Shown here in pieces: positions 40,780-50,835 of a stretch of 64,000 nucleotides of DNA (position 1 is its first letter; each line of letters begins with the position of its first letter). The DNA lies in contig PNJU01000006.1 of NCBI GenBank assembly GCA_013822015.1, positions 7,231-71,230 of the forward strand, read 5' to 3'. Made by a program: the position numbers and the translations under genes. The stretch comes from Candidatus Puniceispirillum sp. GTDB taxonomy: Bacteria; Pseudomonadota; Alphaproteobacteria; Caedimonadales; UBA1908. The notes under the pieces are model-generated. The model was not told where the DNA came from. It did not search any database and saw only the letters and a list, made by a program, of their open reading frames with translations.

Positions 40780-42135
40780 TCACCACAGGTGTTTCTCGAT
40801 GGCTTCATAGAAAAGAGAGGCGATGTCTTTGTTAAGGGCGCCTTCGATGCCTTCAAGGCCTGGGGATGAGTTGACCTCCAAAATCTTAGGGCCAGAGTCC
40901 GAGCGAATAATATCAACGCCCGCCACCTTTAGTCCCATGACCTTGGCGGCTTTAATAGCCATGCGGCGTTCTTCGGGTGTAATTTTGATGGGCGCTGCGG
41001 TGCCGCCCAAGTGTATGTTTGAGCGAAAGTCCCCGTCCTTGGCGGTGCGCTCCATGGCGCCCACAACCTTGCCGTCAATGACAAAGCAGCGCATGTCTTT
41101 ACCGCCGGCCTCTTTGACGAATTCTTGGACAAGGATATTTGTGCGCAGGCTCTTGAAGGCATTGATGACGCTTTCGGCGGCTTTTTTGGTTTCGGCCAGC
41201 ACGACTCCCGTGCCCTGGGTGCCCTCCAGAAGCTTAATGACCACAGGCACACCGCCCACAAGTTTGATGATTTCCTTGGTATCAAGGGGGGAGTCTGCCA
41301 TGGCGGTCGTTGGCATATGAAGGCCATTGAGGGCAAGGTTTTGAAGGGAGCGCAGCTTATCGCGAGCGCGGGCAATGGCGCTGGCTTCATTGAGGCAATA
41401 GGCGCCCGTCAGCTGAAACTGGCGCAGCAGCGCACAGCCGTAAAAAGTCGCAGACGGACGAATGCGCGGGATCACCGCGTCTACGTTGTCTAAGATCTCT
41501 CCCCCGCGGTAGTAGACTTTTGGGCTCGCGGCACTCACGTTCACGTAACAGTGCTTGATATTAACGAACTTAATGGTGTGACCGCGGGCCTCTCCCGCTT
41601 CAATGAGGCGCTGGTTAGAGTACAGGGCAGGGTTGCTGGCCAAAAGCAGAATACGTAGGGATCTTCCCTGGGGGTGTGTGAGATCTTCGCCTTCCAGCAC
41701 GCTGTCCCCAAGGCGCGTTCCTTGACTAAAGGAAACATCGGGATCGATGAGGAAGCGCCCCTCCATGGCCTCGCGCCCAAGAAGCATGCGGTACCCCATG
41801 GCGTCTCTGTCCGTAAGGGTGATCTCAATGTCCCAGGTGCTCTCGCCCAAGGTGATGGGCGTTTTAATCACAGGGCGACGTTCTTTATCTCCGCTGGAGC
41901 TCTTGACGATGCGTTTGTCCAGAAGGAGGGCCTTGCAGGACCTTGTGACCTTGGTATTGCGCTGAATGGGGTGTACGTCAAAGTGGACAAAGGTTTGGCC
42001 ATCGTCCTTTTCGTAACGGATATTAAAAGCATGCAAGGCCGATGTTCTGGCGCCTGAGTCCGTTTTGACTTTGAGGGCGCTGATACCTAGCTGGGGCAGG
42101 GCGCACCACTCTTCTTTACCAATAATTTGACGCAT
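40780..42135 (-). CDS. rimK: RimK ATP-grasp glutamate ligase fused to an N-terminal retropepsin-like (RimB-type) protease
   Basis: N-domain GKEEW, KTDSGARTSALHA, MGYRMLLGR; C-domain VIPRI, ARDKLRSLQ, GTQGTGV, DFRSNIHLGG, LEVNSSPGLEGIE. Confidence 0.92.
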   Translation of the reverse strand: MRQIIGKEEWCALPQLGISALKVKTDSGARTSALHAFNIRYEKDDGQTFVHFDVHPIQRNTKVTRSCKALLLDKRIVKSSSGDKERRPVIKTPITLGESTWDIEITLTDRDAMGYRMLLGREAMEGRFLIDPDVSFSQGTRLGDSVLEGEDLTHPQGRSLRILLLASNPALYSNQRLIEAGEARGHTIKFVNIKHCYVNVSAASPKVYYRGGEILDNVDAVIPRIRPSATFYGCALLRQFQLTGAYCLNEASAIARARDKLRSLQNLALNGLHMPTTAMADSPLDTKEIIKLVGGVPVVIKLLEGTQGTGVVLAETKKAAESVINAFKSLRTNILVQEFVKEAGGKDMRCFVIDGKVVGAMERTAKDGDFRSNIHLGGTAAPIKITPEERRMAIKAAKVMGLKVAGVDIIRSDSGPKILEVNSSPGLEGIEGALNKDIASLFYEAIEKHLW

Positions 42136-42162
42136 AAGGTCTCCGCGTGGGTTAAAATGGGA

Positions 42163-43485
42163 TTAGCGTGCGTTGTGGGCCGAGCGAATAAGCGTTGAGG
42201 CGCGTGGGCGTAGCACAAGACACTGCACCCCTTTTTGAGACAAAACGCGAGACGCGTCAAGGGCGCCTTTTTCCGTGAAACCGGATAAGCGCGCTTGGAA
42301 GACACGCCCGCGTTTACGTGCGGCTTGCTCGACGGTTACTTTTACACCCTTGCGGTTGGCGAGTTTTGCAAGCTGGGCCTTGGCGGCGGCCTGGGCGTCT
42401 TTGGCCTTTGCAAACGCACCCACTTGCAGGGCCCAGGTACGCGGCCCTTGCCCAGAAGACGCTGTTTGAGGTGCACCTAGGGTGCGAATTTTTGCGCCCA
42501 CAGGGTCTTGGGTATAGCGTTCACGTAGTGTTGTAGAGGTGACTTGCGCTTCGTCACATGTGCCGCCCTCTTCGCAAACTTGTCTGATCTTGGCGCCCAG
42601 TGGATCGTCACCAAAGTCGTCAGCGGGTGCTTGGGGCGTGTAGGTGGCGTTGCGCAGAAGTGCCTTGGTGCCGTTAAGCACACTCCCATCACCCGCAAAG
42701 GCGGCGTTGAGAAGGGTTGCGGCGCGCTGGTCGCGGGAGGGGCCTGTTTTGCCGCCCATGACAACCACAATGACGCGTCTTCCATTGCGCTTGGCAGAGG
42801 CCACAATGTTAAAGCCAGATGCGTTGGTCAGACCCGTCTTGATGCCGTCCACATTGGGCTCTTTTTCCAGGAGTTTATTGTGGTTGGCAAAACGCTTGTT
42901 GTTGTACCAAAAAGACTGGGTGCGAAAATACGCGTAATATGCAGGGAAGCGCTTGAACACAGCCTGTCCCAAGATGCCCAGGTCATGGGCCGTAGAGATT
43001 TGCGCTGGGTTTGGAAGGCCGGACGCATTCCTGAAGACCGTTGCCCGCATGCCAAGGGTGCGCGCTTTTTTCGTCATGAGGCGGGCGTACGCCTCTTCGC
43101 TGCCCGCAAGATACTCCGCTACAACTACCGAGGCGTCATTGGCAGATTTTGTCACGATACCTAGAATCGCGTCTCGCACGGTGATGGTGCCGCCTGCCCT
43201 AAGCCCCAGCTTGCAAGGCGGCTGGGCGGCCGCTTTTGCAGAAATGGGCATCTTTGTGCGCAGGGAAACTTTTTTGGACTCTAGTGCCTCAAAAAGCAAA
43301 TAGAGGGTCATAATCTTTGTAACGGACGCGGGGAATCGCGGCGCGTGGGCATTTTCCTCGTGAAGAACCTTATTGGACGTTACGTCCAGTACAAAGGCCG
43401 CGTATTTTTCTTTGGCAAAGGACGGTGCGGTGGCGCACAAAAAAGCAGCTGCAAAAATGGCAATTTTTCTTATGGTTAGTGCCAC
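42163..43485 (-). CDS. D-alanyl-D-alanine carboxypeptidase (S11) with C-terminal SPOR domain
   Basis: Signal peptide; SxxK PASVTK, SAN, KTG; WALQVGAF SPOR motif. Confidence 0.92.
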   Translation of the reverse strand: MALTIRKIAIFAAAFLCATAPSFAKEKYAAFVLDVTSNKVLHEENAHAPRFPASVTKIMTLYLLFEALESKKVSLRTKMPISAKAAAQPPCKLGLRAGGTITVRDAILGIVTKSANDASVVVAEYLAGSEEAYARLMTKKARTLGMRATVFRNASGLPNPAQISTAHDLGILGQAVFKRFPAYYAYFRTQSFWYNNKRFANHNKLLEKEPNVDGIKTGLTNASGFNIVASAKRNGRRVIVVVMGGKTGPSRDQRAATLLNAAFAGDGSVLNGTKALLRNATYTPQAPADDFGDDPLGAKIRQVCEEGGTCDEAQVTSTTLRERYTQDPVGAKIRTLGAPQTASSGQGPRTWALQVGAFAKAKDAQAAAKAQLAKLANRKGVKVTVEQAARKRGRVFQARLSGFTEKGALDASRVLSQKGVQCLVLRPRASTLIRSAHNAR

Positions 43486-43487
43486 GC

Positions 43488-45170
43488 CTACATGTCCTCC
43501 CCTGAATAACTGATCACATTGTAGCCGTCTTTTTCGCCCGTGTCACCCTCTGCGCACAGCTCGCTTAGGTTGCACATGGGATCTTTCATGCAAAACGGCA
43601 GGCAAGAGCCGCTAGAGGCATCATCACCTTCACAGGCAAGTGCTGCGCTGCGCTCCATGGATGCCATGTAAACTTGAACGGGGTCGTAAGGGGGCTTGCT
43701 CGTAAGGGAAAGCATTTCCAGCTGAGACGGTGGTGATGCGGCGTTACCCTGGTTGTTGCTCTTACCCAAGAGATCGAAGCTATTAAAGGAGGCCTTGGGC
43801 CTTGGTGCCACGATGGGGGTAGTGTGTGTGGTGGCAGTGGACTCACGCAGCACTTTCTTCAAGGAGATCACCTCGTCCTCTTCAAGATCTGTTCCCTCGT
43901 CTCCTGAGGAACCGCTTTTGATGGAGACGGTATTTTCATCAACACTGCTGTCGCTGTCTTTTTCCACAAAAAGAGGGTGGGGAGGCACAGGCCTAGGGGG
44001 TAATGGTGCTTGGGGAAACGTAACTGATTTGGCTTCGTGCTCTTGTATAACGTACGCTTTGAGAGGCCCCAAGGAGAGGTTATGGGACACCAAAAAACCT
44101 GGTATTCCTGAGGACGGCATGGGTGTTGGTGGTTGGTCCTGGGCTTGGGACATGGGCGGCATGGCGAGAATGTGATGTGCGTAGTAGATGAAAAGTGTGT
44201 CCCAGGTTTGGATCAGCTTCTGGGCGAATTTGGGGCACTGTTCAGTCCAGTGAAGAAAACGTGAGTCACGCAAAAGGCCTAAGGACGCCTCATTTGAATA
44301 AAGGCGAATCGCTGTGTTGCGCACAGCGCGCTCCATATCAAAAAAACTGTCCCACGCGCGGGTGATGTACATTTGATAAAAGCTAAAAGTATGGGCGCCG
44401 TCAGTGATATCATTTACCTTACTGAAGGCGTACAGGCCCTTTGTCCATGTACCATAATGAAAAAGGTTCGCTTGCTTGTGTTGTAAAAAGCGGTTTGAAA
44501 ATTCTCGACGAAAGCCGCAAAATTTTTCAGCAAAGAGGCGATCCTTAGGCCCCAAGGCGCCCAGATATTCTCCCAAGGCGTCGCAGGTCTTGGACATCTG
44601 CGTATAGTGTCTAGACTTGAGACGCGCAACAATGAGCGCCGCAAGGTGGGTTGATGCATTTTCTGTTTCGGGAAGTTTGGCGTTGGCGCGCTCAAGATTG
44701 AATAGGGCCGCGTCAAAGAAATCTTGTGCGCGCACGAGATAGGATTCCATAGGCTGGGTGCTAAAATCTTTTTCACCTAGATCCGGTTTTGCAAAATCCT
44801 CCTCACACCGTACGCGGGCGCGCTCAAGATCCATGTACAGTGCCTCGATCCTGTCTTTTGGCCCAGTTGTGCTTTGTGCTGTTGGGGTAGCGTTTTTTGC
44901 AAGTTCCTTAAATTGACTGTGTGCGAATAAGACACTCTTGGCGCCCATATCCTCTAGTGTCGCGGAGAACGCCTGTGGCTCACCAGGGCCCGCTGACGTG
45001 TCCGCGGAAGTTGCTTGCCCACTTGAAGATGGTGCGCTCTTTGTAGAGCCATTCAAAACCTGTGTGATGTTGCCTACGTAGTCCTCTTCACAGGCGCTTG
45101 CCAGAGAGGGGGCTATCGACACAAAAGTGCACAATACAATGGCTTTGAAATAATAAACGCGACGGAGCAT
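43488..45170 (-). CDS. Exported hypothetical protein with helical core and acidic/Pro-rich tail
   Basis: Signal ...SIAPSLA|SA; 560-codon open frame; segments PQAPLPPRPVPPHP and DSDSSVDE..GDEGTDLEEDE. Confidence 0.8.
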   Translation of the reverse strand: MLRRVYYFKAIVLCTFVSIAPSLASACEEDYVGNITQVLNGSTKSAPSSSGQATSADTSAGPGEPQAFSATLEDMGAKSVLFAHSQFKELAKNATPTAQSTTGPKDRIEALYMDLERARVRCEEDFAKPDLGEKDFSTQPMESYLVRAQDFFDAALFNLERANAKLPETENASTHLAALIVARLKSRHYTQMSKTCDALGEYLGALGPKDRLFAEKFCGFRREFSNRFLQHKQANLFHYGTWTKGLYAFSKVNDITDGAHTFSFYQMYITRAWDSFFDMERAVRNTAIRLYSNEASLGLLRDSRFLHWTEQCPKFAQKLIQTWDTLFIYYAHHILAMPPMSQAQDQPPTPMPSSGIPGFLVSHNLSLGPLKAYVIQEHEAKSVTFPQAPLPPRPVPPHPLFVEKDSDSSVDENTVSIKSGSSGDEGTDLEEDEVISLKKVLRESTATTHTTPIVAPRPKASFNSFDLLGKSNNQGNAASPPSQLEMLSLTSKPPYDPVQVYMASMERSAALACEGDDASSGSCLPFCMKDPMCNLSELCAEGDTGEKDGYNVISYSGEDM

Positions 45171-45360
45171 ATTTATTCACCTTGCATCATGACATATGGG
45201 CACTCTTTTTTTTGTAACTGCTTGAGATGTCTACGTCAAGAGTCTTTGTTGTTAATACTTTATCAATCAAAATGTGCTTGCCTTGCGCGGCCTACCGAGT
45301 GTTCGAAGTGGGGAGCGCAGGAGGCAAATTACGTGTCTAGGTGGTAAGAGTGAGGACAAG

Positions 45361-46338
45361 ATGAAACAAAAAAAAGTATTGTGGCACGGTATCGGCGTAT
45401 TCTTGAGCGCAAGTGCCTTTGCGAGTGCGGACAACTTGGAGGAAAGAGGCGCGTCCACAGGTTGCCCACCTATCCAGGGATTTGCCAGAGCTGCCCAAGG
45501 ACCTGACGCGCAACGTCATGAGCGCAGCTTGTCAGACCCAGCAAAAAGGATTTTTGTGAGCACTCAAAACTATCAAGATGACCCACTTTACGGTGTATAC
45601 CATGGCGTTCTTGCTCTAGATCTTGTGGGTTTTGAGGAGTTTAAGAATCCTGCACAATTGGTGATGGGGTTTCGTCGTCACGAAAAAGAAGCTGAGGGAC
45701 GAGTACATGTTGCGCAGCTGGCGGAACTTGTATTCCGGCAGGAGAAGGGTCTTGATGAACTTGCCAAGCGGAATAACCAACTTGAAGGTATGGTGTCGAG
45801 CCTTGCCCAAGAGGTGGCATTGCTGCAAGGTCGCCTCAAGGCAGTGTCGGCACCTCCAGGACCATCCTCCTGGCCAAAAGATAGTTTTGTCCAGTCCTAT
45901 AGATGGGGGCCTTTTGTGCAAGGGGACGGTGTGACGGCGCTCTTTGATGAGATGGCCGGCTTTATGCCAGCCTCAAAGGAAGGGGTAATTGAGGGCGAAG
46001 AGATCCCAGGGCCTGCTTTGCAGACAAGTGTCTTTTTTAGAGATGCGTCTGGTGGTAAAGGATCTGTCCTTGTGGCTGATCAGCGTGTTGCACAATTTTA
46101 TGATGAGTCACCCCTAACGTCCCCTTCAATTTCACCCGCGGAACCTGTGCCCCGCACTGGATCTCGTAGCGGGCCGTCTATCCCGCCACTTGACTGGAAA
46201 CGCCTTGAAACGAAGATGGACAAAAAGAAGATGGACAAAAAGAAGAAAAAAAAGAAGAAGGGGAGACGCTCAGGAGTGGATATCACGCCCCCCAAAGGTG
46301 TGGGAGGGGCTGCCCTATCTCAGCCTCCCCATGAGTAA
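45361..46338 (+). CDS. Exported hypothetical protein with coiled coil and poly-Lys tract
   Basis: Signal MKQKKVLWHGIGVFLSASAFA|SADN from ATG 45361; heptad-like LDELAKRNNQLEGMVSSLAQEVALLQGRL; KKKMDKKKKKKKKGRR. Confidence 0.8.
   Translation: MKQKKVLWHGIGVFLSASAFASADNLEERGASTGCPPIQGFARAAQGPDAQRHERSLSDPAKRIFVSTQNYQDDPLYGVYHGVLALDLVGFEEFKNPAQLVMGFRRHEKEAEGRVHVAQLAELVFRQEKGLDELAKRNNQLEGMVSSLAQEVALLQGRLKAVSAPPGPSSWPKDSFVQSYRWGPFVQGDGVTALFDEMAGFMPASKEGVIEGEEIPGPALQTSVFFRDASGGKGSVLVADQRVAQFYDESPLTSPSISPAEPVPRTGSRSGPSIPPLDWKRLETKMDKKKMDKKKKKKKKGRRSGVDITPPKGVGGAALSQPPHE
46212..46246 (+). repeat. 15-bp tandem duplication within the poly-Lys tract
   Basis: gaagatggacaaaaa x2 plus gaaga. Confidence 0.85.
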
Positions 46339-46343
46339 GGCCT

Positions 46344-47699
46344 TTATCCCTTCGGTAGTGTTTTTGGATCTGGGTAAGTCATATCTAAAGACGCTGCGCG
46401 GTGGCGCCATGTGAGGGCAAAAAAGACAGCACCTGCCAAAGAGCTGACCGCAAATAAGGCCAGACCCGCGCTCCAGCCATGGGCGTCCACAAGGGCGCCG
46501 ATGGGGGCTCCAACGACGGCAGCACCGGCGTAGGCAAGGGTTCCTGTGAAGCCTGTGGCCACGCCGGCCGCACGCTTGGAGGCAAAGTCTGTGGCTGCAA
46601 GCCCCGCCAAAACTTGTGGTCCATAGACCAAAAATCCTGATAAGAACAAAATAAAGGCGTCAAGCCAGGGATAGCCAGGAGGGGTCAGCCACAACATGCC
46701 CATGGTGACCGTGAGAAGAAGGAGATAAACGGTGCCCACAGGACCGCGTCTGCCCCCAAAAATCTTGTCGGACATCCACCCGGCTAGAACGCCGCCCAGG
46801 AGCCCTGCGACCTCAAAGCTGGTGAGTTGCCACCCGGCCACAAGAAGCGTGACCCCTTTGTGTTCTTTGAGGAACATGGGGGCCCAGGTAAAGACACCCA
46901 TGCGAGGGATATAGAGACAGAAATTGGCAAGGCCCATGTACCACACGAGTTTGTTACTAAAGACAAGGGTGATGACCTCGCGCATGGTGATGCGTTCTTC
47001 TGGCGCGGCTCCCAGTGCCTTCACATCATTCTTATATTCTTCAACGGGGGGGAGGCCAACGTCCTTGGGTGTGTCGCGCAAACGGTTAAAGCAAAACATG
47101 GCCAAAAGCGCTGTGGCAATGGCGGGCACAAAAAAAGCGTACCGCCAGCCAAAGTGATTGATCAGAACCGGCGCCGCCAAGGTAATGGCAATGGCGCCAA
47201 TTTGGTGGGATGTGCCCCACAGCGCCCACTTTGTGCCAATTTCTTTGGGACTGAACCAATGGGTCAGCATGCGCGCAGCCGGTGGCCAGCCCATGGATTG
47301 AAACCAGCTATTTAAAACCCACAAAATGCCAATGACGGTGATGCTGGGGGCCATGCCGATGAAATAGCTCACAGCTGCGGATCCCAAAAGCCCAATGGTC
47401 ATAAAATAGCGCGCGTTAGAGCGGTCACTGATGTATCCATTGATGAACTTACCAATGCCGTAGACAATGGAAAACCAGGTAATAATCCAGCCAAGTTCTG
47501 TCTTAGAGTACCCAAACTCTTCAGAAAGGGCCGGCATGGCAAGGGAGAAGTTTTGTCTGACAAGGTAGAAAGCTGCGTAGCTGATAATGGATGCGTAGAG
47601 GATACGCACACGCCAATAGCGGTAGCTATATTTCTCGATGGAGGTCAGTTTTGCAAAGGCGCGGGACAAGTCATTGCCTAAGGCTCGCACAGCTTCCAT
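46344..47699 (-). CDS. Organophosphate:Pi antiporter (GlpT/UhpC family MFS)
   Basis: FYLVRQNF, GKFINGYISDRSNAR, FQSMGWPP, HWFSPKEIGT, LRDTP, YGPQVL; AAAGGGG RBS before ATG 47699. Confidence 0.93.
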   Translation of the reverse strand: MEAVRALGNDLSRAFAKLTSIEKYSYRYWRVRILYASIISYAAFYLVRQNFSLAMPALSEEFGYSKTELGWIITWFSIVYGIGKFINGYISDRSNARYFMTIGLLGSAAVSYFIGMAPSITVIGILWVLNSWFQSMGWPPAARMLTHWFSPKEIGTKWALWGTSHQIGAIAITLAAPVLINHFGWRYAFFVPAIATALLAMFCFNRLRDTPKDVGLPPVEEYKNDVKALGAAPEERITMREVITLVFSNKLVWYMGLANFCLYIPRMGVFTWAPMFLKEHKGVTLLVAGWQLTSFEVAGLLGGVLAGWMSDKIFGGRRGPVGTVYLLLLTVTMGMLWLTPPGYPWLDAFILFLSGFLVYGPQVLAGLAATDFASKRAAGVATGFTGTLAYAGAAVVGAPIGALVDAHGWSAGLALFAVSSLAGAVFFALTWRHRAASLDMTYPDPKTLPKG

Positions 47700-47950
47700 G
47701 GATTCCCCTTTGGGTTTGCAGACACAATATGAAGGGGATCCTAGCAAAGTTTTGGCGGCTCCAGCAAGCGAAATAGCGCGCTTCTTTGCGCAAATCCTGC
47801 CAAAAAGACAATATTCCTCAATAAGTACGTAGGCTTTTTGGATTATTATTTTTTTTACTTAAATTGTAAGCAGTTTTGGTTTTGGGTTATTTTTTTAATT
47901 TTAAAGTCAACGCGTTGTCTTTTTTCTTGTTCTTCTTTTGAGGGGCGAAG

Positions 47951-48703
47951 TCAGATGTGGTGTGCGTCGTGAGCCCCAAGGTGAGAGAGGAGGCGTTTGA
48001 CTTCTTGGGAGGGGACTTCGTCGACGGCGCCAACCTCAAGCCGCCCTAGGAAAAAGGGGCCGTAACTCACGCGCACGAGACGGTTAATGGAAAGATCGAG
48101 GGCCTCCATGAGGCGGCGGATTTCACGGTTTTTCCCTTCCCACAGGGTCAGGCTGAGCCACGTATTGCGGCCACTTTGGGACAAGACCTCGGCTTTGACG
48201 GGGCCGTACGCAACGCCGTCCACGGTCATGCCGCGTTGGAGAGCCTCCAAGGTGCGCCCTTCCACAAGGCCAAAGACGCGTACCTCATAGGTGCGCGGGA
48301 CCTGGTTTTTGGGCAACTCCAGGGCGCGCGCAAGCTCTCCGTCATTGGTGAGAAGGAGAAGCCCCTGGGTGTTTTGATCAAGGCGCCCAACGGAGACGAC
48401 CCTGGGCATGCTGCTTGGAAGGATATCAAACACCGTCTCGCGTCCCTGTGGGTCCTTGTGGGTTGTGACAACGCCCACGGGCTTGTGATAGCGCCACAGA
48501 CGGGTGGGCTCCCTGGCAATGAGGGGGACGCCGTCCACAAGGACCTGGTCATCTTGCGTGACGCATGTGGCGGGGGAGGTGAGGCGCAGCCCATTGACCT
48601 CAACACGTCCTTGCTGGATCCAGGCTTCCGCGTCGCGGCGAGAGCAAAGTCCTGCGCGTGCCATCACCTTCGCGATGCGTTCGCCTTTGTCTTCTTGTGT
48701 CAT
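47951..48703 (-). CDS. rluB: rRNA pseudouridine synthase (RluB-like)
   Basis: S4 domain [43 protein letters not shown]. Confidence 0.9.
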   Translation of the reverse strand: MTQEDKGERIAKVMARAGLCSRRDAEAWIQQGRVEVNGLRLTSPATCVTQDDQVLVDGVPLIAREPTRLWRYHKPVGVVTTHKDPQGRETVFDILPSSMPRVVSVGRLDQNTQGLLLLTNDGELARALELPKNQVPRTYEVRVFGLVEGRTLEALQRGMTVDGVAYGPVKAEVLSQSGRNTWLSLTLWEGKNREIRRLMEALDLSINRLVRVSYGPFFLGRLEVGAVDEVPSQEVKRLLSHLGAHDAHHI

Positions 48704-49416
48704 CGGCTGCCTGCCTTGGCCGTGAAGGCCGCAAAGATTTTCTGGTCAAGCGCTGTTGTGCCATACTCAGGGTGCCACTCAACGCCAAGACAGAAAGGCA
48801 GGCTTTCATCCTCGACGCACTCGATGACTGTGTCAGGAGCGGTGGCGCTGATGTTTAGGCCCTTGCCCACCGCATCCACAGCCTGGTGGTGGGTGCTGTT
48901 GACGTTTGCGGCCTCCACGCCAGCAATGCGGTGCAAAAGCGTGCCTGGCACAATGTGGATTGGGTGTGAGGGCTCGTCTTTTGGTAGGGTTTGCTCGTGG
49001 GGGAGGGCGTGCGGAATATGCGCGGCAATGTCTTGATAAAGGGTGCCGCCGCGCATGACATTAAGCAGCTGCATCCCCGCGCAGATCCCAAGAAATGGCA
49101 AACCTTTTTCCAGAGCGCAGCCCGCAAGCTTCATCTCAAAATGGGTGCGGTTTTCTTTGTTAAGTTGCGTTGGATTTTCCTGGGACTTGCCATAGTGGGA
49201 TGGGTGAATATCGAAGGCCCCGCCCGGCACCAAAAGGCCATCAATCATCTCCGCGTAGGTCTGCACAAGATCGGGCGCGTAGGGAATGGCCACAGGTACA
49301 CCGCCCGCGCGCGCTATGCTTGCAAAATAATTTTCGCGCAGGGCGTACCAAGGAAAGGCAGAGTATCCACCCGATTGCTCGTGATCGAGCACCACGCCAA
49401 TGATTGGTTTTTTCAT
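48700..49416 (-). CDS. Peptidase C26 gamma-glutamyl hydrolase (PuuD-like)
   Basis: [15 protein letters not shown] nucleophile elbow, NSTHHQA, GVEWHPE. Confidence 0.92.
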   Translation of the reverse strand: MKKPIIGVVLDHEQSGGYSAFPWYALRENYFASIARAGGVPVAIPYAPDLVQTYAEMIDGLLVPGGAFDIHPSHYGKSQENPTQLNKENRTHFEMKLAGCALEKGLPFLGICAGMQLLNVMRGGTLYQDIAAHIPHALPHEQTLPKDEPSHPIHIVPGTLLHRIAGVEAANVNSTHHQAVDAVGKGLNISATAPDTVIECVEDESLPFCLGVEWHPEYGTTALDQKIFAAFTAKAGSR

Positions 49417-49500
49417 AAAAGGCCTCAATGTGGGGCTTGCATCTTGCTTCTATCTTATTCTTAATGGAGCCACGTGCAAAGCCCTATTCAAGGAAAACAC

Positions 49501-50685
49501 ATGGCAAACCCCCCAGTGTGCGACACTTTTTTTGATCCCCTTGGCTGGGAAACTTTCGAAGAAGCGTATTTAGGTAAAAAGTTTTACCACTTTACGCGCG
49601 GGGAAGATGAAGTGCGCTCCTCTCTCTTTTCATGGGAGACGCTCAATACGCTTTTAGCCCAGGAGGGGATCTGGTCAAGTGGTACCCTCAAGCTTGCGCA
49701 AAACGGCGCGCTCTTGGCGGTTGAGAAGTATTGTTGTGAAGGCCTGGACCGGGAAGGGCAAGGGAGGTGGATTCCTGATCTGGAGAGGGTCTTGGACTGG
49801 TGGCAGCAAGGTGCGGGGCTTGTGTGCAATGATGTGGCGACCCTCACACCTGGCTTGAGGGAGATGGCGACGTTTTTGAGCGAGGTCTTCCAGGCGCGTG
49901 TCCTTGCCAATATCTATGCCACAAGCCAGGACGTCCCTGCCTTTGCACCCCACTTTGACACCCACGATGTGTGGGCGTTTCAGGTGAGTGGCACGAAAAC
50001 CTGGCGCCTTTACGGGCAGGAGGACGCACCCATCAATCACCCGATTTTTAATGACCTTGATAAAGCGTACCATCACGCGCATAAGGGAGCGCTCCAGGGG
50101 GAAATCACGACGTCACCGGGTGACGTTCTTTATATCCCTAGGGGACTTTACCACGATGCCTACGCCACAGATCACGCGTCCCTCCATGTGACCTTTAGCG
50201 TGACACGCCCAACGGGCCTTGACGCCGTCAGCGCGCTCTTTGAGCGTCTTGTCCACGTTCCCCTTGCACGCCAAGACGTGCCCCTAAGCGTGCGTGCGCG
50301 CACGCAGTATTTGCAGCAACTTTCACAGGAAATTGATGGTATTTTACGCCAAGAGAATCCTCCCCATACCTTGGCGCCTGCTCAAATGGAACGTGTCTCA
50401 AGGGTGCTTCCTCTGCCTGTCAGTCCTGTTATGCGCGTTGAGAAAGGGCATGTTTCTTTGCGTCAGGAGCAAAACACTCTGTGGCTTGTGACGCCCCGTG
50501 CCCAGGTGCCGGTTCCCCAAGAATGGCAAAGTATTCTTCCCTGGATTATGACAAAGAGTACCTTTTCACAGGAAGAATTTCATCACGCTCATCCATCTAT
50601 CTCGAAGACTTCTTTTCATCGACTTATGAACGATTTGTTGAATATGTCTGTCCTTGAACACGCCCCGAATGCCAGGGCACTCTAG
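49501..50685 (+). CDS. JmjC/cupin 2-oxoglutarate oxygenase of the ribosomal-oxygenase (YcfD/NO66) type
   Basis: FAPHFDTHD (HxD), QVSGTKTW, PGDVLYIPRGLYH (distal His), SLHVTF; winged-helix-like C-terminus. Confidence 0.85.
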   Translation: MANPPVCDTFFDPLGWETFEEAYLGKKFYHFTRGEDEVRSSLFSWETLNTLLAQEGIWSSGTLKLAQNGALLAVEKYCCEGLDREGQGRWIPDLERVLDWWQQGAGLVCNDVATLTPGLREMATFLSEVFQARVLANIYATSQDVPAFAPHFDTHDVWAFQVSGTKTWRLYGQEDAPINHPIFNDLDKAYHHAHKGALQGEITTSPGDVLYIPRGLYHDAYATDHASLHVTFSVTRPTGLDAVSALFERLVHVPLARQDVPLSVRARTQYLQQLSQEIDGILRQENPPHTLAPAQMERVSRVLPLPVSPVMRVEKGHVSLRQEQNTLWLVTPRAQVPVPQEWQSILPWIMTKSTFSQEEFHHAHPSISKTSFHRLMNDLLNMSVLEHAPNARAL

Positions 50686-50835
50686 GGGGTGTGCCCTCTA
50701 TGGCACAGTGGTCTTCTTTTTTTGAAAAAGGGAGCGCGATGACCTTGCCTTGGGGGTCAAAAATGGATGGAATACGTCGCTGGGATAAATCATGAGGGTT
50801 TTCCCTGACGAAGGTCGAAGAAAGGATTGAGGTAC

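Noticed and set aside
42480-42620. Internal repeat DPLGAKIR / DPVGAKIR in the carboxypeptidase linker as an inserted element
   Set aside because: Short peptide duplication without palindromic DNA or target duplication; linker regions of this family are variable.
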